From assembly GCF_009914755.1 (NCBI RefSeq), contig NC_060935.1: DNA of 64,000 bases. One strand, written 5' to 3'. Both the position numbers and the translations under genes were made by a program. Each line of letters opens with the position of its first letter. Positions within the stretch are counted from its first letter, which is position 1. The notes under the pieces were generated by a model. That model searched no databases and had not been told where the DNA came from. It saw only the letters and a program-made list of their open reading frames with translations. This DNA is from the human T2T-CHM13v2.0 reference genome, Homo sapiens. Below, piece by piece: positions 26,935 through 41,209 of this stretch.

Positions 26935-29900
26935 AAACTAAGAATCTTATTACTACAACTTTTCCTAGATCTTAAGTTTACAGATAGTTCATGAGCTATT
27001 TTAACATAGTATATGTCGTTCAGGAGAAACAGAACCAACTAAGGAGTGTTGGCCCCTGTAGCTCTCGGCAATGCCACTAGTGCTCCTTCAACTTTTGTGT
27101 CAACTTTCTGTGGTTGCCATGGTAAAAAGAGTCTTCCTAGGAAAGTGAGATTAATTCTTATTAAGATTAGGAAAATTATTATGGGCAAGGAGAAACTTGA
27201 TTCACACCTTGAAGAATGAAATAGACTTAAAAAGTAAATAGTAAAACAAAGAAGGGTACATTAAGTACCAAAGGTAAAGTGTAGATGGGTTAAGTATCCT
27301 GAGAAACATGGGAGATTTTTATCATTGTTTACATTGTTCTTATTTCTCTTTACCTGTCTTAAACTTAGAAATTATAACCAGTTTAGTATGTCTTATTTGT
27401 AAATTGGCTGGTCACATGAGCAATTAACATATGCTAAAACTTTTATGTAGCAGAATGTAAGGGTTACCTGAATTCAGGTACTTTTGTAGAAGCATCTTTC
27501 TAATTGAGGCACCTCTTTCTGATCTTTAAGAAGAAGAAAAAAAAAAGAGCTCATAAAAATCTCCAGGGATAGTATAGATGGTGGATTTTGGCCAGCGTCA
27601 TGGAATTCTGAGCTGTGTACTGATTCACTCTGAACTACATGTGGGCTCTTCAAAACCCAACTTATTACACCCACAAACCTCTCAAGGGTAAAAGAAAAGG
27701 TTCACCTTAGGTCCCCTTTGAAATGTACTAAGGGCATATGTTTTAAGTTCTTTAATCAAAGGGCAGAGGAATGGTCTCTAGCTCTTTCCCACCCTAAAGA
27801 CTGTTATTTGTAAGATGTTTGGAGACTTCTAACAGTAAACACAAATTGTGGACTGGCTAACATATTTACTGCTTCATTTATTTCTCCAGATCTCAAACAG
27901 ACCTCTAAGGAATAAATGCAGATTTATGTGGAAGTATTATCAGGGCCCACTTGTAAATCTAAATGCGTTGATATGTGAATACTGAGTTTCATTAGAAAAT
28001 ATTTACATCTTCCCTCATAGCTGTAATTGGAGAGACATTAGACTTTCATTGCTCTCAATTTCTAGCTGTAGTCATCATCACCTACAAAAATACAATCCTT
28101 TCAAAAAAAGCACTTCTATTAATCTAAATTTTAAGACGACACTGCCCCAAAACTTCTCCCTAAGAGACGTGTGCCTGATAACAGCAATAGCAACATTCAC
28201 TTTGAATGAGACATATTTTCCTTTAACAGGTAAATGTCACAGGGAGGCATACTCTATTTACTCTTTGGAGTATTGATTGATCAGCTACTTTCTAATGAGG
28301 CAGTTCGCTGAGAGTGTGTTTGCAGGGAGTGAGTGTGGAAAGGCACAAGTGTGTAGTAGGTAGCCTGAGCTGGGGGAGGCTAGTACAGCCTGGTGCAGAC
28401 TGAGTTCATTGGGACTCTACAAACGTGAAGATGCCCTAAGGAAGGATGGCAGAGAACTAAGAGCAGTTAGCGTTGCAAAAGATAAATCTCCACTTTCACA
28501 ACTCTCTCTGGAATCACTCCTGAGTCTTTGGATGCCACTTACAAATGTATTTTTTTAATGCTTTGCAATAGTGTGAAACTGGCTAGGTTTCAATTGTATT
28601 TGTAGTATCAACCTAAAAAGCCCAGCTAAGCCAGAGTTACCTCCTTTGCCCAAGTTCACAGCGCACTTTTGGTACAAACATACAAAGATTCATGGGAATG
28701 TTCATTGACCTTCAGAGCTAGAAAACAGAGGAGTTTTAAAAGAAGCTGTAATCCTTGTTAATATAACTGAGAAGTTTATTTGCAACATTTTTCTTACAAT
28801 TGCTGTTCCTGGCACTGAATTAAATATGACCTTAAAAAGGACCATAATCTGCTAAGAGACTGAAACCTTTTTCTCTCTCTACCCCCCACCAACCCCCACT
28901 TTCTTTCTCTTTGGGTAGGCTGCCCTCATGAAGTGTGTTGCTTTACTTTATTTTGAGTTCCTTGGCTGCTGAGGTTTTTATTTGGAAAAGAAACATCAAA
29001 ATAAGTCATAATAGCAGCAATAGTGTTTTGAGAAAGAATTAGAAATGAAATAATTTCTATATGATGATGCCAGAGACAAGCTTTATTTACTGTGGCATTT
29101 TAATATGATATTACATGTTTATTTTTTCAAGTTTTAAGATTACCTTATTCAATACTCTTTCCCATTTTTATTATTTACATAATATCTTTTTAATGACACT
29201 GCCAAAACATGGTAGTTGTCCTACTTAAGATAAATGTCTATGTCTCTTCTTTTTTTTGCTCAATCCAATTTGCTGTGGTTTTTATAATATAAATTTCTCA
29301 ACTACACATGTAGGCACTTTTTCTATTTTTAGTTGGCTTTTTCATTGCCCTTGTTCTCCAAAGACTTTGAAGAAAATTTGCAACTCTGAGGAGTTTCATG
29401 CTGTAACTTTGACTTGCTATTTTATTTTTGGTCAAACTATCCAACCCAAACCTCTATCAGCTCCAGACTTCATTCCTTTGGTCTATACCACCTTCTCCCT
29501 TCTCTGAACTCTAACACTAGAATTGAAGCCTATGATTTAAGATGTATTTATATTATGGCTTAAATTTCCCTGAATTCTGCTCATATGTGTAATATTCTTC
29601 ATCTCTAACAAGTCCATGATTTAATTGAGTATGAGCTCTGTTTTTCAGTTTTTTACTTAGATAATCCTACAAGTTCCTGAATGGCACATAATAGGAGCTC
29701 AATATATATTGGTTACTCTTTAGGGAACACTGAGGGACATTTCTTTCTGTCGTTATTTCCGGTCCTTGTTTGCTCAGAAGAAATATTTTCTATTCCATTC
29801 TCTCTAATCATTTAAAGCCAATTTAGGTCATCATTCTTTAAAATATGTTTCTATTTTGATGATTGGATTTTTAAAAAATAATGGTCACTTTTAGAAGACA

Positions 29901-30565
29901 AAGTTGTTTAATTCTGTTTCCAATCCTACTAACTATGTTTTGGAGCATTTCGAAGCAGAATGTATCTTATAGAAATCATTTGTCTATTCATTTTATATTA
30001 TATTTCTATTCATTCTATATTTTTTGTACTAAGTTTTTTTCAAAAATAGTGAATGACAAAAATGAATGACAGACATAGATGAGATATAATGTTAGGAAAT
30101 TGATAAATCTTTATTAAACTTTATTCTGACTTTTGTATTTATTTTATATCACCTCTAACTCCAGATAATAAGAAAGTAAAAGGTTACACAATATTTACTA
30201 GTGAATAGGTCAAGCACCATGATCAGTGGAGCAGAAATGACAACTTCTATCATTTCTTTTGACTGAGAAAAAAGGATGGTCAGAAATTTATTGTGCTCTG
30301 AAATAACTCGATTTATCTGCAGAATTATGAGAAATGCATTTCAATTTTTCCATAAATATATATTTTAAGGGATAAAATATGAATAATAAATTCTAATTAC
30401 ATTATAGTTATGGTGTAATAATACTGTGATGCTGACTGAAATGGGAGATTAAATTCACTTTTAACTTTATGAAGACCAAATTATGGGGAAGCCACAAGTG
30501 GGTGTTAGCTGAAAACCCACTTATGTTGGGAGCTCTACAGATCAATAACATTCTGAGGTCAATCT

Positions 30566-31420
30566 TGTGAAATGATAGGAAATATACATATTGGTCTCTG
30601 CCTTCAGTTCCTAAGTCTAAAACTCCTAAACTCCTAAAACTCTTGGGATTTCCTAATAGAGGTTCTAGGAGCATCTTTTGTTCTAATATTTGGTGTTTGG
30701 CCTGGTTCTTGGCACAGAGCTCCAAAATCCCTCAGAATTTCCTGGGTAATAAGATCATTTTTTGTTCTAATGAGGTGACTCTTGGTGGACCCCCAGATGT
30801 GGGCTGGTTACCAGAATGACCAAACTGTGATTAGAAACTTGGAACTTTGAGTCTCAGATTTCATTCTCTGGAAAGGGGAGAGGAGCTGGAGTTAATAATT
30901 GGATTACGTTTATGTGATGAAGCCTCCTTAAAAAAAAATCCCTAATGTATGGGGTTCACAAAGCTTCTGGACTGTTGAGCACATCCCTAGCTGGGAGGGT
31001 GGTGCACCCCAACTCCACAGGGCAGAAGCTCGTGAACTTCTACCCTTCTGGACCTCACCCTATGTACCTCTTCATCTGTATCCTTTATCATATCTTTACC
31101 TTAAACTAGTAAACATGAGTGTTACTCCGAATTCTGTGAGCTGTTCTACAAAGGAATGAACCTGGGTGGGGTTGTGGGAACCTTTGATTTGTAGCCAAGT
31201 CAGATAGAAATTGTGGAAAAGCTGGGAACCCACCCCCTTTCGATTGGCATCTGGAGTGGGAGCAGTCTTATGGGACAGGGCCCTTAACAAGTGAGGTCTG
31301 TGCTAACTCCAGACAGTACTGGAATTGATTGCATCGTAGGACACCCAGTTGTCTGCAGAGAATTGGAGAATTGTGGGAAAAAACTCCATGAATCTGGTGT
31401 CAGATGTGAAGTATTGACAA
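30566..31420 (+). mobile_element. MER21-family LTR, with second partial copy at ~31500-31620
   Basis: ggcacagagctcc...ttgttctaatgaggtgactcttggtgg...gggagggtggtgcaccccaactccaca motifs. Confidence 0.75.
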
Positions 31421-32544
31421 TGGCGTAAGTTCAGAAAGAAAAACTGATTTTTCCCCTTAATCTACGAACCAGCACCTTGCTCCAACTCTCACACTCACAT
31501 CCTAAAGTATGGGGCTCAGGGAGCTTCTAGATTGTTGAACACAACCACATGCTGGGAGTGTGGTGCACCCTAACTCCACAGGGCAGAGGCTCCTGTGCTT
31601 GGACCCATCTGGACCTCACTGTGAGCTTGGATGAGTCACAGATTCTCTTGAGTCTCAAGTTCTCTATTTGTAAAATGAAGTGATGGAATTGATTTCTTTC
31701 ATAACATGTGTTTCATTGCTGACCCCTCTGAGAAGCTGATGAGAGCAATGGAAAGCATGTGTACATACACAGACACTAAAATTCTGCATAGACTGGGTTG
31801 GGATTCAAACTGCCTCAAAACCAGTTGTTGCCCCACGGATAAAGAACCCATGGACCAGATGATTTTTAGAGGCTTGTGCAACTCTAACATCCTATGACTC
31901 TTTGACCATATTTTTGTTTTAATTAAGCTTAAACGGTATATTGAGAATCCCAAAAAAAAAAAACACAAACAAACAAACAAACAAAAAAAACCCAGGCAAA
32001 GGAAGAAACATATTTATAAGCAATAAGATATTTTAAGTGCAACACATATCTGGGTATAAGAGTTACCAATTTAGATACTAGAATGTGGTATTTGGATAGG
32101 TAAAAATAATGAATTTGATATGTGGAAATAAATATATCAGAGCTAGCAATGCATTTTAACATTAATGTTTTAAATAATAAGATTGCTGTTTATTACAAGA
32201 TGAATTAATTTATACATCCTTTAGCAGTACATGTTCTTCACATGTCATTCAAAAGTTCCATACAGAAAAATATTTAAAAACAGATCAAAACATAGTGACT
32301 TTCAAATTAATATAGAGGACCTTATTGATTTGAAATACATATTTTGAAGATGATTTTTAAACAACTAATTTTTATATTTATCATGCACTTTGTTAAACTT
32401 GACATGTTAAAATCATTAAAATGATTTTACTATTCTGCTTTAACCAATAAAACAAACTTAAATATTTCTGTTTGACTTAGTTTATCCTTAGGGTATGGTG
32501 TGAAGCTATTTGCTTATTATTGTTATTACTATGATGATGATGAT

Positions 32545-32814
32545 GAGGCAGGACCTTGCTCTGTCACCGGCATTGAAGTGCAATGGTGCGACCATGGCTC
32601 GCTGCAGCCTTGACCTCCCGGGATCAAGTAATCCTCCCACCTCATCCTCCTGAAAATCTGGGACTACCACACCTGAATAATTTCATATTTTTTTTATAGA
32701 GATGAGATCTCCATATATTGCCCAGACTGGTGTCCAACTTCTGGACTCAAATGGTCCACCCTCCTCAGCTTTCCAAAGTGCTTGGATTACAGATAAGAGC
32801 CACTGTGACTGGCC
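32545..32814 (-). mobile_element. Diverged AluJ
   Basis: Alu motifs, highly diverged. Confidence 0.8.
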
Positions 32815-35685
32815 TATTTGCTTATTATTTTAAGTCATTTAAAAAATGAGCTTTTCTGAAAATAGCTGAGAAAAAGCAAATTAACATTTTGAACAGTAAT
32901 GTCAAATTAAATTTTAGAAAAATATAGTGGAAAACATGACTTGTTTTTCAGAACCAAGATTTTATTAAAGGGAATGGATAGAGAGGAAATAGACAAAAGG
33001 AAAATTGTTTTTGCAGATAAAACAAAAATTACTTTTTAAAATGTAGTTAAAATTTAGTGATAATAGAATATAGAAAAAATGAAAAGTTTTAGTTCAGGGA
33101 AAACTGCATAAGGTTTGAAAGTATTACAAATCAAACTAGTGCTATATACTATGGCTATCCAATTTCATAATTAAATGGACAAAACTAGAATAAAATTATT
33201 TGGGGGAATTTTTTAAGTACCATAAATTTCTTCAGATTATTGATAGATGTGTAGAAAATAAAAAGGAACTATTTGTTTCTTGCATTTTCCAGTAATTAAA
33301 TGGAAACATTCAGGTTCAAATTGCATAAAGTTAAACAAATACAATAACTACTAAGAATTTATAAAACGAAATTAAATAAAAATCTGTTAAACCGTTACCC
33401 AGATTTCAGTATAAGAATAAGGCATAGTTAAATAATCGAAAATGAAGTAAATAATACTATAATTTCCAAAAATGTTGAATTTTGAGATTACATGTATGTC
33501 ATACACCCCCATTTTTTCAGATAGGTAAAATGAAGTTCAGAACGGTTATAGGTAACTCATGCCAACTCAATAGGAAGTGTCAGAACACAGCTTAGAACAC
33601 AAATTTTTTCATTTCAAGCTTCCAAACTCTTTTCCCTATATTTTAGCCTTCATGGTAGGTAATGTTTTCTGTCTTTTGTAAAAGGGACCTGACTGTATCT
33701 TTCTCTAGGTTGCTTTCACTCATGCATATACACATGCAGAGTTAAGAAGAGCCATTTATTATCCCTGAATAATTTCACTGTAAGTCCTACTTAAGTAGAA
33801 ATAACTTAGGATAACAACTTGTTAAATAAATTAGCTCCACATGATATATGTAATTTAGTATTATGAAGAAAGTTTTTAAAAATATAAAAATGATGTGAAG
33901 TGTGAATAGCCTTGGAATATAAGTTCAGCATTTTTTGATTTCTTGAATGAAACACACTTTGTAGTTACACAGCAAAAGTGAATTCAGCCCAGTTTAGATA
34001 GCCAATTCAGATAACTTGGGAACAAACAATAATCCCTTCCTGTCCCTGGATCACCTCTACTTAAGTCAGTTTCCTCATGACATATGCTTATTTATTGTTC
34101 AGAAAACATTCTATTAACTGAGCTACCAGTAAAGATGATTTTCTTAAATTTTGCATGACCTTTGAATATAAAATATTTTTCTCTTCACAAAATTAGTTTA
34201 AAACTGAAGACCTCTTACATAATAGTTATGAATATCATTCTCTATTTGAAGGTTGGAAATTATAAAAATTCAGGGTATGTGCAAACAATCATTTTTTGAC
34301 ATGTTTTCTAAGAAGCAGCTCCTCATCTATCTCCCATTGTGGGGCATGGGTCTACATTGACAGCCACCTCTTCAGCTACACAGGTTGAAGGTCCATGTGG
34401 GCCTGAAATGCCATTCTCCAGAGGCACTCCCACACAAAGCGCCTTCTCCCATGTGCCATGACTTCTTTACCAGATCAGCATTCTAATTTTTTTGAATATA
34501 GGTTTGTTGGGCTTTTCAACTAATAAGTATCTATATTGGTAAGCTTAGTATATTTTGGTTATGAAAAATCATATATTTGGTGACCCAAGATTTATTCATT
34601 TATAAACTCATAAATTTCATCTACCTATGTTGTAGAATGTTGTGTTGTATCTGTTAAGGGTGTTTAGCAATGTATTTACCTATTTCTTAGTAAAAGTCAT
34701 ATTTGTATAAGGTTTTCTTGTCTGTGAAGGAATTTTATAGGCACTATTGCATTTAAATGCAAAGCTCTTTATTAAAATATTTATCTCTGCTTGTTAGATA
34801 ATGATGCAGAGGCTCAGAATTAAAGATAGATTACTAAAATCACAGTGGATTACTTTTCAAAACAGTGACAAACCTATCTTTTAAAACTCTGGGTGAAGTT
34901 CTGCAGTTTGTTTTACTGTAGGTATTTATTTGCATGCTGTTAACAAGTATCTGAAATTGGCACATAGGCCATCTCTGTTTAGGTTCACAGGTATCTATGT
35001 TCTTGTTCACTGATTACCTCCATTTTTACCAGTATACTATAACCTGTTATCAACCAGGTTTTTATTGTTTTCTATTTTTTTTTTAGAAATTCTTAGTGAT
35101 AATTATCCTTTCTTAAATCAACAAAACAAACACTTGTACCAGAACTTGAAAATTTGTCAAAGCTAAATGTATATATTATTTGGTTAAATGAATATAAATA
35201 TTGCATAGCAGTTTCCCCCCTCAATTTCAATTTTGTTGCGTAATTTATGGATTTTTACCTTAGTTATTTTATATTTTCTCAAGTTTAGTGAGGAGTTAGT
35301 TGATATGTTTCTTACTATCCATACTTTTTAATAACATCATTTAAGAACTTGAATAGATTCATAATAATGGTTTGTGAATCTTAAAACTTTTCAAAAAACT
35401 ATTTCTTGACATTGATCCATCTTAAAATTATTCTTTCCTTTGATTAATTTTTCATTACTTAGTAATGTTTCAATAAGAACACTGCATCTTACAAACATTG
35501 TGATCATTAGGAAATGTGTATAGATTTATAAAAATCAAAATAAATATGACAAGTAAAAATATTTCTCTTGTTCTATATCATCCAAGTTGGTGTAATTTAA
35601 ATCTTATTTTAAAAAAACAACTAATTCTACCGTACAATTCTGCTAAAATGGATTTAACAAATTAAGGAATTTAAAATTTAAATGA

Positions 35686-35986
<301 letters not shown>

Positions 35987-36316
35987 TTAAATGATATATG
36001 TATATATATATGTGACGTAACTTCAAAATTTAAATGTGATATATCCTGCATGTTTTCTCTTTGTCTAAAATGTGGCCCAACTTTAAATATTTTCAACAGA
36101 AATGCTTAGTGTCTAAATCTGTATTACCTTTATATAAGGATTATATGGTTACTTATCTTAACCTTCTGCTACATAAACATGAAAACATTCAGATAAAATA
36201 AGGAAGCTTTGAAATAGAACATTAAGTCATCAATTATATCAGAACTATTTAATATAATGAAAATACTGAGAATATGATTTTATCCCCAGAGTTCCAACTA
36301 TTAAAAAAACATTCCA

Positions 36317-36474
36317 GGGCGGAGGGCTAGGGGAGGGATAGCATTAGGAGAAATACCTAATGTAGATGACGGGTTGATGGGTGCAGCAAACCACCATGGA
36401 ACATGTATACCTATGTAACAAACCTGCATGTTCTGCACGTGTACCCCAGAACTTGAAGTATAATTTAAAAAAAA
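36317..36474 (+). mobile_element. Short L1PA 3' end
   Basis: gggagggatagcattaggagaaatacctaatgtagatgacgggttgatgggtgcagcaaacc. Confidence 0.9.
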
Positions 36475-37042
36475 GAAGTGTTTAAAAAAATTCCTTTCCA
36501 AATGATTCAGTGTTAAAGGTTAAATCGGAGGAACTTTTGATTTTCAAGAATGATATATTTATCATAATTTATATAGCATTCCCTAATATCACTGAATAAA
36601 ATTTTAAGATATATTTTCTTTAAGATGTGTATGTATTTTTTTAAAAAAACCACTGTATTATAGTAATTTCTGTAGATCTAGGAGCTATCAGTCAACTCTT
36701 TAATCCAGAGTGCTATCTTCTGTCACTAGACAGTTTCCCCAACTGCACAGACCGTGTCAATTACTTGCAAGAAAATGTTGTCTCAGAATATATTTCCAGT
36801 ACTTAAATCTAAATGCAATTTTTAATCCCAAATTTAGTAGGAGAGGAGTTGAGTTTCTTTTGATCTCTGATGAATTCCTTAGCACAGGCTGTGCTGTTGG
36901 GAAATTAGTGCTGTTTATAGTTGATTTTCCCAGAACATTGACTCCCCTCTCCCCAGTTTTCTGTGACAGAAACTTCTTTTGTTTTGGAAAAAGAAATGGT
37001 GCAAACGATGTTTTTCAGGTTCGTTTATTTAATTTAAAAAAT

Positions 37043-37337
37043 TTTGTGGGGGAGATGGAGTTTTGCTCTGTTGACCAGGCTGTAGTGTAGTGCAGTGGCC
37101 TGATGTCAGCTCACTGCAGCTTCTGCTTCCCAGGTTCAAGTGATTCTTGTGCCTCAGCCTCCCAAGTAGCTGCGATTACAGGCGTGCGTCACCAAGCCTG
37201 GCTAATTTTTGTATTTTTAGTAGAGATGGAGTTTCGCCATGATGGCCAGGCTGGTCTCGAACTCCTAACCTGAAGTGATCCTTCTGCCTAGGCCTCCCAA
37301 AGTGCTGGGATTACAGGCATGAGCCACTGCACCTGGC
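37043..37337 (-). mobile_element. AluS
   Basis: Alu consensus, reverse. Confidence 0.88.
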
Positions 37338-38056
37338 ATTTTTCAGGTTTAGTGGACTGCTCTGAACCTCTACTTAAACTTCTGTACAATGTGACTCAGG
37401 TTTAGCTTGTATAGATTGCTGTATGGGTAGGGAAAATGTATGTAAAGTTCTCTAATACAAGACTTAGTGCATAGTAGGTACTCAAATCAGTGACAGCTAA
37501 AAAACCAGCAACACTGATTTCAAATTGATTGTTGGTTTCTAATAATTAGGAATTGATATTAGCATAGGGTAAAAGAAGTAGGAAAAATGAAATTCTATTA
37601 ATGAAGAAGGAATACATACATAGTATTTAATTGAATGTAAGACACTTTGATGCTAGTGATGTCTTCTAATCTTATCACAAGGTATTAAGGAAAAGTTTTT
37701 ACATAACTGTATATGACCTACTTGGGACATAGCATTGTATGATAACATGTATTACAGGATACATCCTGGTTTTAGATGTTATAAAATTTGAAAATATCAA
37801 TGAAAAAAAATGACAAATGTTTTCTGCCATGGAAAGAAAAATAAAATACACTATGTAAAACAATAAATATTCTACCCACATTATGATATACACAGGTTAA
37901 AAGTGATTAATGTTGGATTTTATTTTATTCTTTTTAAAACATATTTCATTCACATGAGTCAAATTTTATTTGAAAAAAAATGAATTATTTTAGATTTCCA
38001 AGCTGTTCATCATGTGTCAAAACAAGGACTACATAAAACAATATTTCTCAAAGTAA

Positions 38057-38364
<308 letters not shown>

Positions 38365-38823
38365 AATAATTTGAGATGTAAACAATATTGGAGTCCTTTA
38401 GGGCCAAGAAAATACAACTTTAGATTTATAATCTAATCTTAACTATTTTATAAATAGCTTTTTCATTATTGTTTTATTCAGTATATCTCATAATTCAAAA
38501 AGTTGTTTTTTTCCCTTTGTATATACTTAAAAACATTATTTAATGGGGAGGGTAGTTAGGCTAGAGTCATAAAAATGAGATAAATTTGGTTAGTCCAATC
38601 TGTCCCATGCAGAAACTATTTCAGGTACAGAAACTGAAAAATTGTGGCTATTCAGATTGAGAATTTTGTTGATTAATATCCTATTTTTTTCACTTGTAAC
38701 AGTCTATCCTTGACCTCCTTTGCTGAAAAAATTTACTACTTTGATAATTACTATGCTGCTGAATTTCCCATGACCTAAAATATTAAAAATTATTTTTACT
38801 AGTTTATATAATATAAAAGTTTA

Positions 38824-39145
<322 letters not shown>

Positions 39146-39184
39146 TCATTTATGTATTAAGGAAAAAGCCACTTAATTTGGATG

Positions 39185-39420
39185 AAACACCAAAATAGTG
39201 CTTGCTATGTCACACACTGCTCTAAGTTTATTTTTCTTATACTGATTTCATCCTTATAACAACCCTATGAAACAAGTACTATTGTTATATCCATTTTACA
39301 GATAAGAAAACTAAGGCAGAGAGTGAAAGTATGTTGCAAGGTCACATAGTTAGCAAGTGGTACAGCCTGAAATGAGATTGAGAAGGTGTAGCTCCAGAGC
39401 ATATATTCTTACTATACTGC
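39185..39420 (-). mobile_element. MIR
   Basis: ccattttacagataagaaaactaaggcagaga...aaggtcacatagttagcaagtgg. Confidence 0.8.
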
Positions 39421-40195
39421 TTTCTTATATCACAGCATAATTACGGGTAGCTGACATAATTCAGACATAAAAATACTTTGCTTTTTCATAGAGTACCTAA
39501 GTTGTTTAAGCTTTATGAATTCCAAATTGCTCACAAATAACTGGTCATGGATCTCTGCATATTATAGTTATTCTACTTGTTTGGATTCAATCATTTATAA
39601 GATGGGATTAAACTTCATCTGATTAGGTAAATACAACCTCCTGCCATTAAAATATAGCTTTAAAAAACTTGATCTTTGATATTAAGTATTTATTCATGAT
39701 TAGTGTAGAGAGAGCTATACTCTTAGTTTGTTATAGTGACTCCATACAGTGACATATAGTGACACAAGGGAAAAGTCTCATGTGCGTTGACATTCACAGC
39801 CACTTGCCACATTTTCTCTTTATTCATTAGTTAACTTTGATTGGAAAAACTCCACCAACCATCAGAATCAAGTATTTATAAAAAACAGCATGTTGTTTCA
39901 TAGGTAAATACGAAGTTTCTCAACCGTATTTACATTTGTAAATCTGAATATGGTGGCATGTTTTAAAAACCGAAAACATGGTATTAACCAGGAAAAAATA
40001 GTGTTTAAGTGATAGGAAAAATGATCCAATAAAGCTTTCCAGATTTTCCAGTCTATTCCAAATCTAGTTGATTCAATAAGAAACAAGTATTTTGACATTT
40101 CAAACAATAATATGTGGCATTGTATCAACTCAAACTTACAGCAAGAATCCTGTTCCACTCATTTATCTTTGTGTCTCCAAGACCTAACATGGTTC

Positions 40196-40639
40196 TGAGG
40201 TAAAAGATCACCAGGACTTGTTTTCATGACCCTGCTGATCAAAAACAGGATGTAGCTAAGAAACTGGCCCAAATCAGCTAGGACTAGAAATTATAATGCA
40301 TCTGCAGGCTATGAGACACTGCACCAGCACCATGACACTTTACAAATGCCATGGGAACACCCAGAAATTAAGTTATATAGTTCCAAGAACTCCCTGCAGC
40401 TTTTCCAGAAAATCTGTGAATAACAGACCTCATATTTAGCATATAATTAAGAGTTGGTATACATATAGCTAGCCAGCAACCCACGAGGGCTACTCTGCCT
40501 GTGGAGTAGCCATTTTGCTGGATGCTGTTGCTCCAATAAACTTGGCTTCTTTCACTGTGGGTTCCCTCTTGAATTCTTTTCTGAATTAAGCCAAAAATCC
40601 TCCCAAGCTGAGCCCCCATTTTAGGGTTTGCCTGCATCA
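40196..40639 (+). mobile_element. ERV1 solo LTR (MER66-like, MER41-related)
   Basis: TG...CA ends, 4-bp TSD GTTC, shared ctctgcct.tggagtagccatt motif and AATAAA. Confidence 0.75.
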
Positions 40640-41196
40640 GTTCCTTATAGAATTTAGGCATTTATTTTATTTACTAAAGGAGCATATTTGTATATTTCTA
40701 GAGCTATACTAAATTATATTCCTAGTAATGAAACCAATGTAGTCTGAAATACTTTGTTATTACAAGTAGAATATCATTCACCTTAATGTGAAATGCATTA
40801 AATTTCATATGAAAATTCTTGTATAATACCAAACTTTTTAATCAATGTGAATAGCCAAAACAGTATATTATTGAATCTCACTAGATGTCAGTTGATTGTA
40901 TTTTGTCTTTCTGATTGAAACACTGTGTAGTTGGTTTCAACTTGATTGCCTGAGAATCACTCTTTGGTTTGCTAAAATGCATACCCAGTCAAGGATATTT
41001 TCTCTATAATGCCAAATCTTCCATATAAATATCTCACCTTATGCCACATACAGTATTGTACAAATTGAAATGTTGGTTATAAATTTTAAATGACTGGTAA
41101 AGAATGTACTACTGATGATTAGTGTGTGTCTTGTATGTAATTGTATTGAGGTTTTAGATGCTATAATTCATTAATAAAGAGAGATATAGAAATTAG

Positions 41197-41209
41197 TTTA
41201 TTCTTTATT
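41197..41209 (-). terminator. Tandem AATAAA poly(A) signals of PGR
   Basis: Plus-strand TTTATT at 41197-41202 and 41204-41209. Confidence 0.75.
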
